In this document: positions 29,761-43,808 of the stretch, piece by piece
How the letters are laid out: each line of letters starts with the position of its first letter
How positions within the stretch are numbered: the first letter of the stretch is position 1
IMG/VR virus record: IMGVR_UViG_3300024999_000052
Direction: 5' to 3' (one strand)
Length of the DNA: 64,000 nt
Source of the DNA: an uncultured virus (IMG/VR IMGVR_UViG_3300024999_000052)
Taxonomy: Duplodnaviria > Heunggongvirae > Uroviricota > Caudoviricetes
The notes under the pieces: generated by a model
What the model saw: the letters and a program-made list of their open reading frames with translations, nothing else
Told to the model about the DNA's origin: nothing
Database searches by the model: none
Made by a program: the position numbers and the translations under genes

Positions 29761-30666
29761 ATGAGAAGAAAAGTAACATCCTCAAGAGCAGAACATAAAA
29801 ATGCAATAGTGAAAATGGTAAAGGAAAAGAGAATGATTTTAATTGCAGATTTAGCTAGAGTAATGAATAATAAAAATATCAAGAGTGCTGTAGAAACTTT
29901 AGTGAAAGATGGTAAAATTAAAAGACAAAAGATAAAAGTGAGAGGGCAGGTTGGCAATATGACTAATCAATGGTTAGTTTACGAAAATACAGTTACGCAA
30001 AATGAAATTTTAGATTTTGAAAGAGAAACTATAAATCGAACTTTCCAATCCCCATTAGTGGAAAATCATTGTTACAAAAGTCCTGAAGCACCAATTGAAC
30101 AAACATTAAAAATTAATAATTTAACTGAGAGTGCAAGCAAAATGATAGAATACTTTCATAAATCGGATTCTAAAATTTTAGAAAACGACCAAACACCTTT
30201 AACCATCATAACCAACGAAGTTATACCAATATACAGCAACAACAATAAAAGAATGGTTAATGCTAGAGAATTACATGATTTCTTACAAGTAAAATCAAAA
30301 TTTGCAGATTGGGTAAAAAATAAAATTAGGAAATATGACTTTAAGGAAAATGAAGAATTTATAACGGTTTCTAATATTTTAGAAAACGGTGGTAAAAGTA
30401 TAGAATACTACTTCAATGTAAATATGGCTAAGGAATTAGCAATGGTGGAAAATAATGAACGTGGAAAATATATACGAAAATACTTTATCGAAACTGAAGA
30501 GGCATATGCCAATCAAAATTCTCTTCAGCAAATAAATAACATACAATCTCTTGATGACATATATAACTTTATGAAAGTGTTTGCCACTGGTGTTACAAAT
30601 TTAAATGATAGGGTTAAATCACTGGAGGGTACAATTGAGTCTATGAAGAAAGCAATCATGGCATAA
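29761..30666 (+). CDS. AntA/AntB-domain antirepressor
   Basis: VNARELHDFLQVKSKFADW..MAKELAMVENNERGKYIRKYFIE. Confidence 0.85.
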   Translation: MRRKVTSSRAEHKNAIVKMVKEKRMILIADLARVMNNKNIKSAVETLVKDGKIKRQKIKVRGQVGNMTNQWLVYENTVTQNEILDFERETINRTFQSPLVENHCYKSPEAPIEQTLKINNLTESASKMIEYFHKSDSKILENDQTPLTIITNEVIPIYSNNNKRMVNARELHDFLQVKSKFADWVKNKIRKYDFKENEEFITVSNILENGGKSIEYYFNVNMAKELAMVENNERGKYIRKYFIETEEAYANQNSLQQINNIQSLDDIYNFMKVFATGVTNLNDRVKSLEGTIESMKKAIMA

Positions 30667-30798
30667 GGTAAAATTAAATATAGAATAGGACTCTACATCC
30701 TGAATATATTTTTCAATATTATGTAAATGGTATTGCAATACAAGTAAATATGTGGTATTCTAAATTAAGAAATAAAAATATTAAGGAGTGATACATAA

Positions 30799-31047
30799 AT
30801 GTTTAAATTAGAATTCACCAACACGGTTCATAACTCAATAAGAGTATGGATGTATTTTGATCCAAAAGATTGGCAAGAAGTTCAAGCGTCAAAAGAGTAT
30901 CAATTATTTCAACTTCTATCAATATGGGGAGGCATCGACAAGAGACAAGATGATTTATATTCTTGGGAGTTGCCAATATCTTTAATGAAATATATTAGAG
31001 AAAAGTTTGCTTATTATTCTAATTGTGAGATAATTTTGGTAGGTTAA
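30799..31047 (+). CDS. Hypothetical protein
   Basis: Promoter 30733-30761 and RBS. Confidence 0.65.
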   Translation: MFKLEFTNTVHNSIRVWMYFDPKDWQEVQASKEYQLFQLLSIWGGIDKRQDDLYSWELPISLMKYIREKFAYYSNCEIILVG

Positions 31048-33156
31048 AGTAAATGAAAAGTAAGATTTCCTAGTATTTTAATTAAATTTGAAGGGATGGA
31101 TTATAATGAAATCATATTTAATTCAAAGATGTACGACAAAACCCTTTACACAGAAGCAATTCAATTCTATTGATGAGATGCTTGACTATGACTATATGGG
31201 AAGTTCAGAATATGAGTGGGAAGCACTGCCTGCATTAAAGATGCAAACTAAAATTTATCAAGAAGGTATTAAAAAAGGAATATGCAATGTTTACATGAGC
31301 ATTTGTGAATAAATACATTTCTTAAATTAAAACAAATTAAGAAAGAAGGAAGATTAAATATGAAAACTATTGATGAACTAAGCGAAGAATATCGTAGAGC
31401 ATGTAAGCAGGAAATGATGAATGATTTAGTCAAGGAATTCAATCTATTATTAGTTAATGAAAATGTTTCTGGAGAAAAGATAAGTTTGACTTTTCAAATG
31501 TTGATGGATACTATTAAAATTTCTCAGATACAATAAAAACAGTCTTTGAACGTATTATAAATTAAGAAAGAGGATTGAACGAAATGAAAAGAATTCCTTA
31601 CTCATTTAGCAAACGAGGAGATATAATTAACTATCCTAGCATAAATCAAATTGTTTGGTATCGTGACGATGCCAAGCCTGATATGAGATTAGTGATTATC
31701 AATAAGATAAATCGCAATTATTACAGCGATGGAGGAGATCAATGGGAATGGCAAGAAGTATTTAAGGATGGCACTTTAGGAAGAGAAGAAAGTGGAAGAG
31801 ATAATTTTTATTTATATTATGGTGGATATAAGGTTTTCAAAACTGTAGAATTTAATTAATATTAAGAGAGGATTTGATATTAATGTACAAAGAAAACGAT
31901 AAAGTTATGGTTACATGTAAAGAGATTAGCAATAAAGATGAGTTGGCCTATATTGCTTCTAAAACTCCTTATGGTGCTTATGAAGTAACACTATTGATGG
32001 ATCATAAGCCTAGCAGTGGATTTGATCCTGTTAGAGTTTTTGGCATAGAACAAATGCGTTTCGCTACTGAACAGGAAGTAATAAATAACGTAAAAGAATG
32101 GGAAGAAAAACATAATTATAAATTAGGAGGAATGATATAAGATGGCACATTGTTACACAAAACATGTTGAATGTCCAGATATTAGTTGTTCTGAATGTGA
32201 TATTAAAGTAAGAAAGGAAATGATTAATATAGATACTGAATCAATTGACGATTTGCAGGGATTTAAGAAATGGGGAGATAACTATGTTTGGTTTAGTAAG
32301 AAAACAAAAAATACTTAATCAGATTGCCTATATTGATTGTAACATTGACAAATGGAAAGATATTTGGAAAGATGCTAAAGATGAAAATGTTAGGGTCACA
32401 GTATTAAACACACTAGACAATATTCATAACTTAGTTTTAGAAACTGCAAGATATATAGATAAGGCTTAAATTTATAAACCTATTATAAAAAGTATTTTGA
32501 AGGAGGATTTTAAAATGAAAACATTTTACGCAATGATTATTGTTTTGTATTTAGGTGTTAGTTTGTTTATGTTTTCTATGTATCAATTTGTTCATCAGGT
32601 ATTTGGATATCATGGTTATATTCATCTTATTATATTTACGGTGTATACTTTAGTAAACATAGTTATTTTAATTGGATATACAATGGGAGTAAAAAGGGAT
32701 ATACAAACACCTATGAATTAATAATACTTGAAGTTAAATAAAGGAGGAAATAATTATGAATGATTGTTTTACTTGCGAATATGCAGATAGGGATAAGCAT
32801 AATAGATTTATTGACAGATGTTCTGGATTTGGTAACTGTAGTTATGTAGAATTTAAAGGAGAAATTAAACCTACATTAGCAGAAATTATTAAAAATCTTA
32901 GTAAAAATTTAAACAAAACTAATAAAGATTATACTCAAGGTTTTAATGATGCATTGGAATTTATTAAAACTTGGGACGAAGATGAATAAATTGAAAGGAT
33001 GTGTGACAATGAGCAAACTAAAAGAAATCAATATAGATTTAAATAAAATTATTAATATTAAGTTAAGGATGTGGTGATATACATGATTGTGAGATATTAA
33101 GGTTAATTTACATAAATAATAATAAAATAAAAATAATAAAGGATGGTAATGTATTA

Positions 33157-34118
33157 ATGAGTAATGATTTAACAGTACAAAATAAACTATTTAATTTTCA
33201 AGGAACTAATTTCACAGTAGTAATAATCGATGATAAACCTCATTGGGTAGCCAAAGAAATCTGTGAATATTTAGAGATAAGAAATCCTTCGGATGCGGTA
33301 TTGAAATTAAAAGAAAATACCCAAAAAGTTAAACTATCTTATGATCAATGTAAGCAAATAGGTTTAACCGATTTGAAAGACTTGCAAATCGGAACAAAAG
33401 GATTGATTATTTTGAAGGAGTCTGGAGTATATAAGCTAGCTTTTAAGTCAGAGAAACCTAATGCTGAAGATTTTACAGATTGGCTTAGTGAAACAGTAAT
33501 TCCTTCTATTAGGAGAACAGGCAAATTTGACTCTACAGAAAATAATATCATGCTAATAGAAGATGAAACAGAAAGAAATCTTACTCTAACAATATATAAT
33601 CTGAAACAAACTTTAACTAATAATCCTAATGATATGCTCATGCAATTTGCTTATAATTCTAAGGTAACTGACTTAACTACATATAAGCAATCAAGAGAAT
33701 TAAAGTTAATACAAGGTAAAATAGATGATTATATGAGTCAGTATCCACTGTACAAGCCGATACAGAACTAATTAAGGGACAACAAATGTTTGTCTGTGAT
33801 CGCACCAATTTCTCGGAAAAGATGAAAATCCTAACAAACAAATTTTTTGGAAGGGACTCATCAAAAGCTTATAACGCACTATTTAGCAAAATGAAAACAT
33901 TGGGAAGTTTTGATGTTTACGCTAGACGTAAAAATGAATGGGATAAAATTAATGAAGAAAGAGTTGCAGAAGGTAAAGATCCATATAAGGAAAGTACATT
34001 GAAAGGTAAGGTTAATTATTTAGATGTTATAAACAAACATGACAAATGGGAGCTATGTTCTGAAGCATATAAAACAATTGAAACAGAGGAGTATACAGGA
34101 GCGTTACATGTTGTTTAA
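33157..34118 (+). pseudogene. BRO-N domain protein split by a frameshift near 33730
   Basis: Bro-N motifs (WVAKEIC..ESGVYKL..FTDWLSETVIPSIRRTG); alternate frame ESVSTVQADTELIKGQQ reads into ORF 33786. Confidence 0.7.
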
Positions 34119-34319
34119 ATAAAATAATTACATAAAAAGCAGGACTTAAAACCTCCTGCTTTATTTCCACAAACTCCCATAAAAACGCAAATTGATTATA
34201 AAATCAAATATAATATTTTTATTTTACCTCATTTAGTATTGCATTACTAAATCCCAGATGATATAATATATCCAAGAGGTAAAAACAAACCAGTAGAAAG
34301 CAGGTGAACATATCAAACT

Positions 34320-34586
34320 ATGAACTTCATAACGCAGAAGGATCTAGAAAACCTCATCACAAAATTCAACAGCACAGATTCTTCGGTCATTAAGAAAAAC
34401 TTAATCAGGATTATTGATAACTCTCAATACAACCGAAGTAATCAAATGTTGGCAGATAAAGTAGGAGTAAGTGTTCAGACAATTTATTTGTATCGACAAG
34501 TTCAAAAGAAAAGCAATATCAATTTTGAAGTTATTCTTAAATTGGCAAATGCTTTAGGGGTTAGTGTAGAAGATTTAATGGGTTAG
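34320..34586 (+). CDS. XRE-type HTH regulator (paralog of 29449)
   Basis: LADKVGVSVQTIY..LKLANALGVSVEDLM; promoter 34239-34267. Confidence 0.8.
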   Translation: MNFITQKDLENLITKFNSTDSSVIKKNLIRIIDNSQYNRSNQMLADKVGVSVQTIYLYRQVQKKSNINFEVILKLANALGVSVEDLMG

Positions 34587-36823
34587 AAAGGATGATTGAG
34601 ATGAGAAATCTAATTATTGGCGATAATGTTAAAATTACTTTGGATTCATTTGATGGATTACTTTTAAAAAATACAGGAGTCTATAAAGGCAAAAATGACA
34701 AATTTAACGGAATGGGCAATGTGGAAATTGACGGCCAGATTTTTAATATTCCATTAGGAAACCTTACTTTAATGAACAACACAACTCTTGATGAATTAAT
34801 TGAAGCAATGGAGGAAAGTGAGGAGTTTAAAAACAATGTTGAAAAACTACTCAGGGGTTATCAAGCGTATAAGAAAGTATATCTAAAGTGATGAATTGAA
34901 AGGAAGATTAAAATGTTAAATCCAATTCAAACATTAAGAGAAGGAACTGAAGAAATTCTTCTTCAGCAGATGAGCTGAAATCTATAATCAGAAAATACAT
35001 GTCTGATATGACTCGTAAAATGTATAGGTGTGTTGATTCTCAAAAACTTATTGATTATATATGCAAGAGAACCGAAAGTTTAGTAACTAAAGGTGATATA
35101 TTTTTTACACTAATTAATTTAGAGGAATTGAAAGGAGCAATTTAGAATGCGTAGTGATTATTTAGAAAAGAAATTACTGAAAAACATAGAGGATCGTCTC
35201 GCTATTTTAAAGATTAAGCTAAATAATGATACTGATACCGTATTAAGTAATTTTGGAGATATTGCTCATGAATTCAGTAGACTTGAATCTACTATATCTA
35301 GTTATGAATCTGAAAAGAGATTAAAAGTTCATGAAAGAATACATGAATTAAGCAAATAGCTTAAAAGTCTAAATTCATATAGTGTGTGAAAGGATGATGA
35401 AAAATGTTATTCAAAGAATATACCGCAAAACAAAAGGTATTTTGGATTGGATTTTGGATAATTAGTCTTGGAATTGGGGTCGTTATTGGTAAATTGACTT
35501 AATCAAAATTAGGTAATTGACTTGACAAAGGGCAAGCAATTTAAAGGAGTAAAATTATGAAACCTATTCAAATGCAAACTGTTAGATCATTGGTTTTTAA
35601 ATCGGAAGAAACTATTGACACTCATTCCCTTGAAATTACCGCTATATTTAATGAGACAAAAATCAAAGTTAAAACCAATAAAGGTGAATATATTGGAGAA
35701 GTTATTAAAAATCTAATGTATGGACATGGATTTGGTTTTAAAACTGAATTTGGTAAACTAGATATTCTCTTTGAAGACATTGAAGAAATATTCTATTATG
35801 TAGGTTAACAAATGAAAGGATGGTTTTAATTAATGAAAAGTTATTCTGTAGAGATTAAATTTGAAAAAGAAAAACATTGTTTAAGATGTCCACTGAGAGA
35901 TTATGTAACTGATATGTGCGATCTTCAAAAGGATGGAGATAATTGTTATATTGAATTTAAAGATTGGGAAGAGCAAATGAAAAATTGTCCATTGATAGAA
36001 TTATATTAAGTTTAAATACCATGATTTTAAAGAAATAGGTAAAAGGAGTTTGATTTTATTATGGAAAAGATCAAAGAAATTACTCAAGAACAATTAGATT
36101 TATTTAGGGTATCTAAAAATCAGAGAAAAATGTTTAAGGAAATAATTGGCCTTGATATCAAAGCAAAATATGAAGTAGGGGACACAGTAGTTAAAATTGA
36201 TAAACCAAAGTCTCTAGATGTTTATAAAAATACATGGAATAATATAGACATTTATTATATTGTAATTGAATCTATTGTTGAAGATTTAGCATTAGTTTAT
36301 AGTTTATATCCAGTGAATTAAAATTGGTACGATCAAAATACTATTGTATGATATTTGAAAGGAGTGAACTTTTTGACTAATAAAGATAAACCTATAAAAA
36401 TACAGTGGAATGAATATGCAAGAGGATTTTACTGTCCGAGTTGTTTTACAGGTACAGCAAGCGAGCGATACAGAACAATGTAAATATTGCGGTCAAAAAT
36501 TATTACCAATGTATAATTTCAAATAACTAGATTAAACCTAAATTTACAGGACAGAAGGAGTTGGCGATATGCGTAAAGAAGACTTAGAAAAATTGTTAAA
36601 TGGAGAATCAGTGAAAGTTGGTAAAAATCAAATATATTTAGATGGTGATGATTACTTTATAGTTGAGAAATATGACCACACTGAAAACAAAGTAGAATTT
36701 TTTAATGTATTCGAAGGTTATAGAAGTATTGAACTTGCAATTAAAATAGCAAAAGAGATTTGAAATTCGAACCTAAAATCTAAAATTTATTTAAGCTCTA
36801 AGGAGCAGAAAGAGGTTGTAATA

Positions 36824-37144
36824 ATGAATAAATTAAGAGTATGGCACATCCCACAAGTTGGTCATAATGCAATGCTATACGTCCCAGTTGAATCGGCAGA
36901 AGAAGGTAAGAAAATTATGGATATTCTTACTTGTTATGATTTATTTCAGTTGGAGAATAGAATTAAACCAGACTACTGTAACATATCTGGACTTCAAGTA
37001 TTCAACGAAGAAGAAAAAGAATGGGAAGATTGGGTTCTTCAGACAGAAGATAATTATTTTGATAATGTTGATGAATATTTTGAAGATGATGAAAAGATTC
37101 AAGCATTTGACAAAGAATTATTTGGACAACTAAAAAGGAATTAA
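36824..37144 (+). CDS. P22 gp17-like superinfection-exclusion-related protein
   Basis: KLRVWHIPQV..YDLFQLENRIKPDYCN..GL..WEDW family signature (recalled). Confidence 0.65.
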   Translation: MNKLRVWHIPQVGHNAMLYVPVESAEEGKKIMDILTCYDLFQLENRIKPDYCNISGLQVFNEEEKEWEDWVLQTEDNYFDNVDEYFEDDEKIQAFDKELFGQLKRN

Positions 37145-37179
37145 AAATCATTTACTAGGAATAAAAAGGAGGAAGAATT

Positions 37180-37788
37180 ATGAAAGATAAATTATTAAAC
37201 ACCTTTTCAACTGAAAGCAATGGTGAAATTATTAGAGTTAATATTCTAGAGACTGATAAAGGAATTGTCTTTGATATTGTAGGTCAGTCAATGGATGTTT
37301 TTATCAATGGAGAAGAATTCTATAGTAAATATGATAAAGAAGAATACAAATTCATTCCATCTCATTTGAGAAGTTTTGTGGAAGAAAACTTGTGTTCCTG
37401 CGGAGATGGATTAAGAAAAGAAGGGTCAGAAGTTAAATGTGATTTAGATTTAGAAGGAAGAGAGTATTTTTTAACTATTTCAACCAAACGAGCAAAGAAA
37501 AACAATCTTACATTAACGGACTGGCTTATTGATTATAAGGTGTTATCCGATGATGTTAAAATGTTAGATAAAGAAAAAGAGAGTATTATATACGAAGAGT
37601 TTTTAAGCAATGTAAATACTTATGGATATCAAATGAAAGTGAGTCATGTCGGAAATGATTATGATAATTGGTTCAATTTAGCAGTACCTATTAATGATTT
37701 TAACTTAGAAAAAGTTAAGGTATGTTTGAAATTGTGGCAGGATTACAACCAATATTTAATTGATACTTATTTGGATGGTAAATATTAA
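37180..37788 (+). CDS. Hypothetical protein
   Basis: AGGAGG RBS, 202 aa. Confidence 0.7.
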   Translation: MKDKLLNTFSTESNGEIIRVNILETDKGIVFDIVGQSMDVFINGEEFYSKYDKEEYKFIPSHLRSFVEENLCSCGDGLRKEGSEVKCDLDLEGREYFLTISTKRAKKNNLTLTDWLIDYKVLSDDVKMLDKEKESIIYEEFLSNVNTYGYQMKVSHVGNDYDNWFNLAVPINDFNLEKVKVCLKLWQDYNQYLIDTYLDGKY

Positions 37789-37869
37789 ACCAATACCATC
37801 AAAGCACGATTTTAAAGTATCGTAGACTGACTCAACAGAGGGTGAGCAGTTAAAAAGGAGTTAATTCAA

Positions 37870-38370
37870 ATGGGAATAAGTACATGCGGAGCATTAAAAA
37901 GAGAAGTAACAGCTAAAGAAGTTTTTTATTTTGTTACAACAAATTTTGATCAAAATGCCAAATTAAAACAAAATTCAACCAATTCTCATCACATTAATTT
38001 GAATTATCTAGGCGAAACTAGATCACTTCATGTTTACTATGGTAATGATTACAGAGAAGAGACAGATGGATATAGTGCAAATAACGAAATTACTGAGATT
38101 AGTGTTAATAAATGGGGGCACGCTGAACAAATTATTGAACCAATTGTAAAACATTTTGGAGGTTGGTATATGGCTGATGATTGCATTAGTAATCGTGAAG
38201 AACATGTTATCTTTTATGAGTTTAATGTAAATCCTGACATAATTACAACTACGCCAATTGAAAGATATGTTTTTGATAAGTTAGAAGAAGATAAAGATTG
38301 GAAATCAAAAATTAAATTGGCACAATTTATTAAAGACAATTTGGACGAGATTAAAACCTTCAAAAGATAG
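37870..38370 (+). CDS. Hypothetical protein
   Basis: AAGGAG RBS, 166 aa. Confidence 0.7.
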   Translation: MGISTCGALKREVTAKEVFYFVTTNFDQNAKLKQNSTNSHHINLNYLGETRSLHVYYGNDYREETDGYSANNEITEISVNKWGHAEQIIEPIVKHFGGWYMADDCISNREEHVIFYEFNVNPDIITTTPIERYVFDKLEEDKDWKSKIKLAQFIKDNLDEIKTFKR

Positions 38371-39541
38371 AATTGAATGGATTTTTATGAAGGAGGCAAA
38401 CATAAATGTTTGAAAATGGTCAAAGAGTAATGTTAAAAACCTATGAGGAGTTAGCCGAACAATTTGGAGTTGGTGGAGAGGATGATTTATATGACATAAT
38501 GACAGATCCACCGATACCCGTTGAAATGGACATTTATCTAGGTACAGAGGTAACTATCAGAGAGAAAAGCGAAAATTATGATGCTTATCTTATTGAAGAA
38601 GACGAAGAGGGATGGGCGTTTCCATCAGTAGCATTTGTAAATGAAGAATAGAAATTTTTAGGAGGAAATTGTAATGAAAGAAGGATTAGAAAGATTTATC
38701 AAGGATAATCATCCAAATATATTAAGAGAATATCAACAATTTTTAAGAAAGGATGTTATTCCTAAAGTTGGTACTACTGTTGAATTAAGGAAAAAAGGAC
38801 ATTGTGGACGATCTATCGGAAGCGTAGTCAAGATAAGAGAAGTTATCTTGACTGGTTGGAACCATATTGTGCTTGATAGCGATTATGGTAAAGGTTTAGG
38901 GTCTGGTGTGCCAATTGAAGGTTGGTGGAAAGAGATATTTATCGTTCATGAAATACTTTGAAACAGGAATTTCAAAAAAGTTAGACAATTGTAAAATTTG
39001 ATAGGAAGTGTGATTATGAAAAGAATAATACCGTTTAAAAATATGCCCAATGATATATTGGAAAAATGTTATCATCAATATATACAAATGGAAATCAAAA
39101 GAGATATTCAGAACATTGAACAAGAACCATTATTATCAACATTAGTGCATTACAAAAAAGATATTGGAGAAAAATGGGCTTATGCAATAATGACACAAGA
39201 ATTATTAATGGAAATAGCTAAAAGATGGATTAATAGAGACAAGATGTTTGAATTTTAAATGGTATATTTGTATATCGAAGTCGCTTGAAAGACTCATTTG
39301 ATGTTATAAGAAAGGAGATTATTAAATGAGATTTTATGAATTTGAACAAAAGAAACCAAAAAATAACAAGGATGTTCTAATTCAATTTAAAGAATATGGT
39401 TGGGGAACTGGTAACACTCTTGATACAGTCTGTGCTAAATTCATAAATGATAAATGCTTTATATTTCCTACTATTTTAGAGATAGAAATGTCTTTAGATA
39501 GAATAGTTCGATGGAGTTATATTTAGAAAGGATGATTTAAA

Positions 39542-39877
39542 ATGTCTAAATGTTTAAGATGTGGACACTGTTGTAAAGGTTACTTATGTTTTGTGCCGAA
39601 ATATGAAATCAGTAACTTATCTCCTGATTTTATAGAAACCATAAATAAAGATCATTTAGATTATTATATAAACGTAAATATTGAAGAACAAGGAGATATT
39701 TGTAAATGGTTAGTTGTAGATGGGCGAGGGCTACATGGTTGTTCTGCTTATGAGAGAAGATCAAGCATGTGCAGAGATCACAATTCTTTGATTGGAATAT
39801 GCAGAATCGGTCAGGCATATTGGAATGACAAAGAGGATATTCCTGAAGAAATTAAAATTATGTTAGGAGGATTATAA
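39542..39877 (+). CDS. YkgJ-like CxxCxxCC Zn/Fe-binding protein
   Basis: CLRCGHCC..CKWL..CSAYERRSSMCR. Confidence 0.75.
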   Translation: MSKCLRCGHCCKGYLCFVPKYEISNLSPDFIETINKDHLDYYINVNIEEQGDICKWLVVDGRGLHGCSAYERRSSMCRDHNSLIGICRIGQAYWNDKEDIPEEIKIMLGGL

Positions 39878-40206
39878 AATGGATATAAGTAAGTATGGAG
39901 TACATCGAACTCATTGCTGTGTTCTACATGGTTGTAAATATGGATACGAAGACTGTCCTGTAGTAAATAGTGAGATTAAGCAAGACTATACTTGTGAATC
40001 ATGTGACATGGATGGTATCAAAAATATTAGTGAAATTCACAATTTATTAGTATTTAGGAATGTATCCGACAAAGACCTTCTGGATGATCTTATATGTCTA
40101 TGCCTTAAACATAGTAATTTGGCATATGTTATTCCACGAAAAGAATTAGACGAAAGAAACAAATTAGAAAATGAAGTTTTAAGAAGAATGGATATAAGAT
40201 ATTAAA

Positions 40207-40791
40207 TTGGAAAGAAGGATTAATAAAATGAAACTAATCGACATTGCAAACAAAATTGACAAATCTCAAAAGAATGAATCCTATGTTGACATAGAGGATT
40301 TTAGTTCTGAATTTGATTTTGACTTTGGATTTAACCTACAACAAGATAAGATTAAAGCTTACTGGATTGGTAACTGGTATTGTACAGATTCCTATGTAGG
40401 ATATAGAATGTATTTTCTGGACGATGAACCTGTAGCAGTTTCTATGCAAACAGGTAGAAAAAGTAATGAAACATTTGAATGGTTTAGTAAAGAATTGGCT
40501 TTGAAAGTTAAGGATTATTTAATTTCTCTCATGCAAAAAGATGATGAATTAAACATTAAAATATGCGATATTAATAGAGATATTGGTGATAGTTTTAAGA
40601 TTTCATTCAATGGTGAAATATTAAATCCTAAAAACGCCACATATAATGGTGAATCAATTGAAATATTGGAAAGAATAAAGGATACTCCTGATTGGGGAAT
40701 TGATGAAATGTTGAAGATAAAATTGGGTAATGGTGAAGAAAAGATTTTAAATGTGCGTGATTTAGATTTTAAGTTTAATTTAGTTGATTAG
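40207..40791 (+). CDS. Hypothetical phage protein
   Basis: WYCTDSYVG..YFLDDEPVA..GRK. Confidence 0.65.
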   Translation: MERRINKMKLIDIANKIDKSQKNESYVDIEDFSSEFDFDFGFNLQQDKIKAYWIGNWYCTDSYVGYRMYFLDDEPVAVSMQTGRKSNETFEWFSKELALKVKDYLISLMQKDDELNIKICDINRDIGDSFKISFNGEILNPKNATYNGESIEILERIKDTPDWGIDEMLKIKLGNGEEKILNVRDLDFKFNLVD

Positions 40792-43286
40792 AAAGGATGT
40801 TAATTAATTGAATATGTCTTGCTTTTTTGGATTTCATGATTGGAAATATGATACTTATGGATGTGTCAGTAACGGAAGCGAAGTATATAAACTTTATCGC
40901 TGTACAAAATGTCCAATGGTAAAAGAAGTTGATACTAGGCCAGGGTTAACAAATGGATCATACAAAACATATCATAAAAATAAACCAAGATAGAATACTT
41001 ATTTCCTAGTATTTATAAAACGAGAAAGAAGGAATTAAAAATGAAAATTAATTATGTGTTTGAAGGAAATAAAGTTATTAAGACTATTGAAACTGAACTT
41101 GGTGAAAAAGAAATTAATTTACTAAGAGAAATATACCATAGAAACAAAGTTGACATTACATGTTGTCCCAGAACCGATGAGGAAAGGGAATTAGATATAA
41201 GTGTTTCTATCCTTAAGAAATGTGATTTAGTAAAAGACCAATTTGGGATAGATGAATACACTATGACCGACTTAGGTGCTAAATTTATTGAGAAATACGA
41301 TAATATCACATGGGATTTCCTCCCAAACAAATAACAATTCTATTAGAAAGGAGAATCTAAATGAAAATTAGATACACTTCAGATGAATCAGGTTGTTTTG
41401 GAGAAACTAATGAAGTAGTAAACATCCCTAATGAATTATTAACTGATAAAACCCAAGATGGAATTAATCAAATTCTAAAACATTTTATTTCTAGTTTTGG
41501 CTGTAGTCAATGTGTTGATTATGAGAAAGTGAGCGAAGAAACTATTACGACAATGGAAAGTTATTATGACGATATGTGGGGAGAAATTTTAATCAGTTTG
41601 AATCCTAAGAATTAACTATTATATTAAGAAAGTGAGTAAAATTAAAATGATTCATACATCAAGTATGATTGAAGTTTTCCAAGAATCCGAAGGAGAATGG
41701 GTAGCAAAAACCCATATTACATTTTTTAGTTTAAAAGGTAAACAAAATGAAGTATGTGGAGACGTATCAACTTATTGCTCTTTTAATACAATCACAAAAG
41801 CAATAGATACATTATTTGAAACTTTAAATGAATCAGGAGTAATATTAAGGGATAAATTTACTTTAGCTTATACTTATATGGGAATTAAAGATCAAAATAA
41901 TCCACCTGTGAGTAAAAATTGGAAAGAAATTATTATTAGTGAAACTGAGTCTAGAGGTTGGGAAGCCTTTGTAGAGGAATAAAAATATGAAAAGAGGAAT
42001 TTATATTGAAAGACAAATATGATAAACAAGATTGGATTTTGGAGTATTTAAAAAGCAACAATCATGTAGATATCTTAAATGTAAAATTTGTTGATGCATA
42101 TATAGAAAAATTTAACGTAAAATATGCTATTCAACCATATGGAGCAAACTCTTGTAAAGAGTTAGGAATACTATTAAGTCAAATGTATCACTGTAATTTA
42201 TTAGAAAGGTTTAGAATTGGATTACGAGGTTGTGATGTTAGTATGCCAAAATGGTGTTATTGTTATGAATTGAAAAAGTATTGATTTGAATGAGATTACA
42301 ATATAACATGAAAATTGCATTTTAATTGAATGGTTAAATTTAAAATAAAGAAAGAAGGATTAAATTATGTATAATTACGGAGAATTATTAATCAAAGCAA
42401 AAGAAAGTAATATGTATTCAAAAGAAGAATGGTTTAAAATATTTGGTGCATTACTAAATGTTAAAAACAAAGAACAATTTGACATGGATTGGGAATATTC
42501 TAAATGTAAAATGTCTAAAGAATTGAAATTAAAAACAAATAGGGAAATTATTTTAGATTATTGTGCTAATGTTCAAACTGGTGACATAGATCATCTTCAA
42601 AAATGTATTGATGCTCATGATGCTCTAAATAACACTAGTTTAGATCATAAAGAACTTTCAAATCGTTTAGATGGTTCTTGCCCTTCTTCTATGGGTTTAG
42701 ATAATCATATTGGTCTTTGTTATGGAACCGCAAATAATAATCTTTCGAATCAAAATAAATATGATTTGTGCAAGAGATGTTGGGAAGATGCCCTAAAGAT
42801 AAATCATGAAGATTAAAGTAATCCGCAATTGCAAATCATGTTTATATCATTACTGGAAAGAACTTGAAGATGATCAATGCTATGAAAAAGGTGGTTGTCT
42901 TCAATTTTCTCCAGTAGGATTAAGATTAGAAGATGTAGAAGTTATCATAGAAACTTTGTCAGATAAACCCAAACATTCACTTGCAATAATATATGATCTG
43001 TGATATATTAAATACAGAAATAAATTTATATCAGGAGGTACATAAAAATGGCATCAACCGCCAGAGGATTACACATTTCCGCTATCAATGCACTTTTAGT
43101 AAAACATGGTGCAACTCTTGACAAATATGGTATGTATCATATTGGAAATTACAAATTTGATACTAGAGCAGTAAATTTAAAAATCCATCATGGTAAAATT
43201 AAAATCAAATCAGTTCCAATGATGAAAGTTACTTTAGAATCATTAGAAAGATCATTAAAAATTTATGTAAAGGAGAGTGAAAGCTG

Positions 43287-43808
43287 ATGATTCAAATAAT
43301 ATCTAAATATAATGGTTTAACATTCAATGATTCAATTGCAAGAAAATTCTCAAGAAGAGAAAATAATAATTGTTACACATACGCCATTAATCAACTTAAT
43401 AATCCATACACTAATAAACCTTACAGAGATTATGATTATTGTCAACCAGGATACTTAGGAGGGAAAGGTACGGAATCTTGGAGAGATTACGAAGATATAG
43501 AAATAACAAGCAAAGAGATACTTAATTCTGTAAGGAGAGATTTAAGACGTTTGGGATATAAACTTCTTAAAACAACATATGAAAAATATATTGCAGATAA
43601 TGATTGTTGGAAAGTCGCATTTTGTATGGCAGATGATGATTATCACTGGTATAGACAAAATGATGATGGAACATGGTCACATAAAGTAGGCCCATATGGT
43701 GTAACAAATAAAGACAGGAGTAGGAAAGTAATACATAATCCAAAGGAGTGTAATAGAGGTAAATACACAACATTTGTAGGATTTTATTTAATTAAGAAGA
43801 TTGCTTAA
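43287..43808 (+). CDS. Papain-like Cys-His fold protein (putative peptidase/amidase)
   Basis: NNCYTYA..QPG..DYHWYRQNDDGTWSHKVG. Confidence 0.55.
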   Translation: MIQIISKYNGLTFNDSIARKFSRRENNNCYTYAINQLNNPYTNKPYRDYDYCQPGYLGGKGTESWRDYEDIEITSKEILNSVRRDLRRLGYKLLKTTYEKYIADNDCWKVAFCMADDDYHWYRQNDDGTWSHKVGPYGVTNKDRSRKVIHNPKECNRGKYTTFVGFYLIKKIA

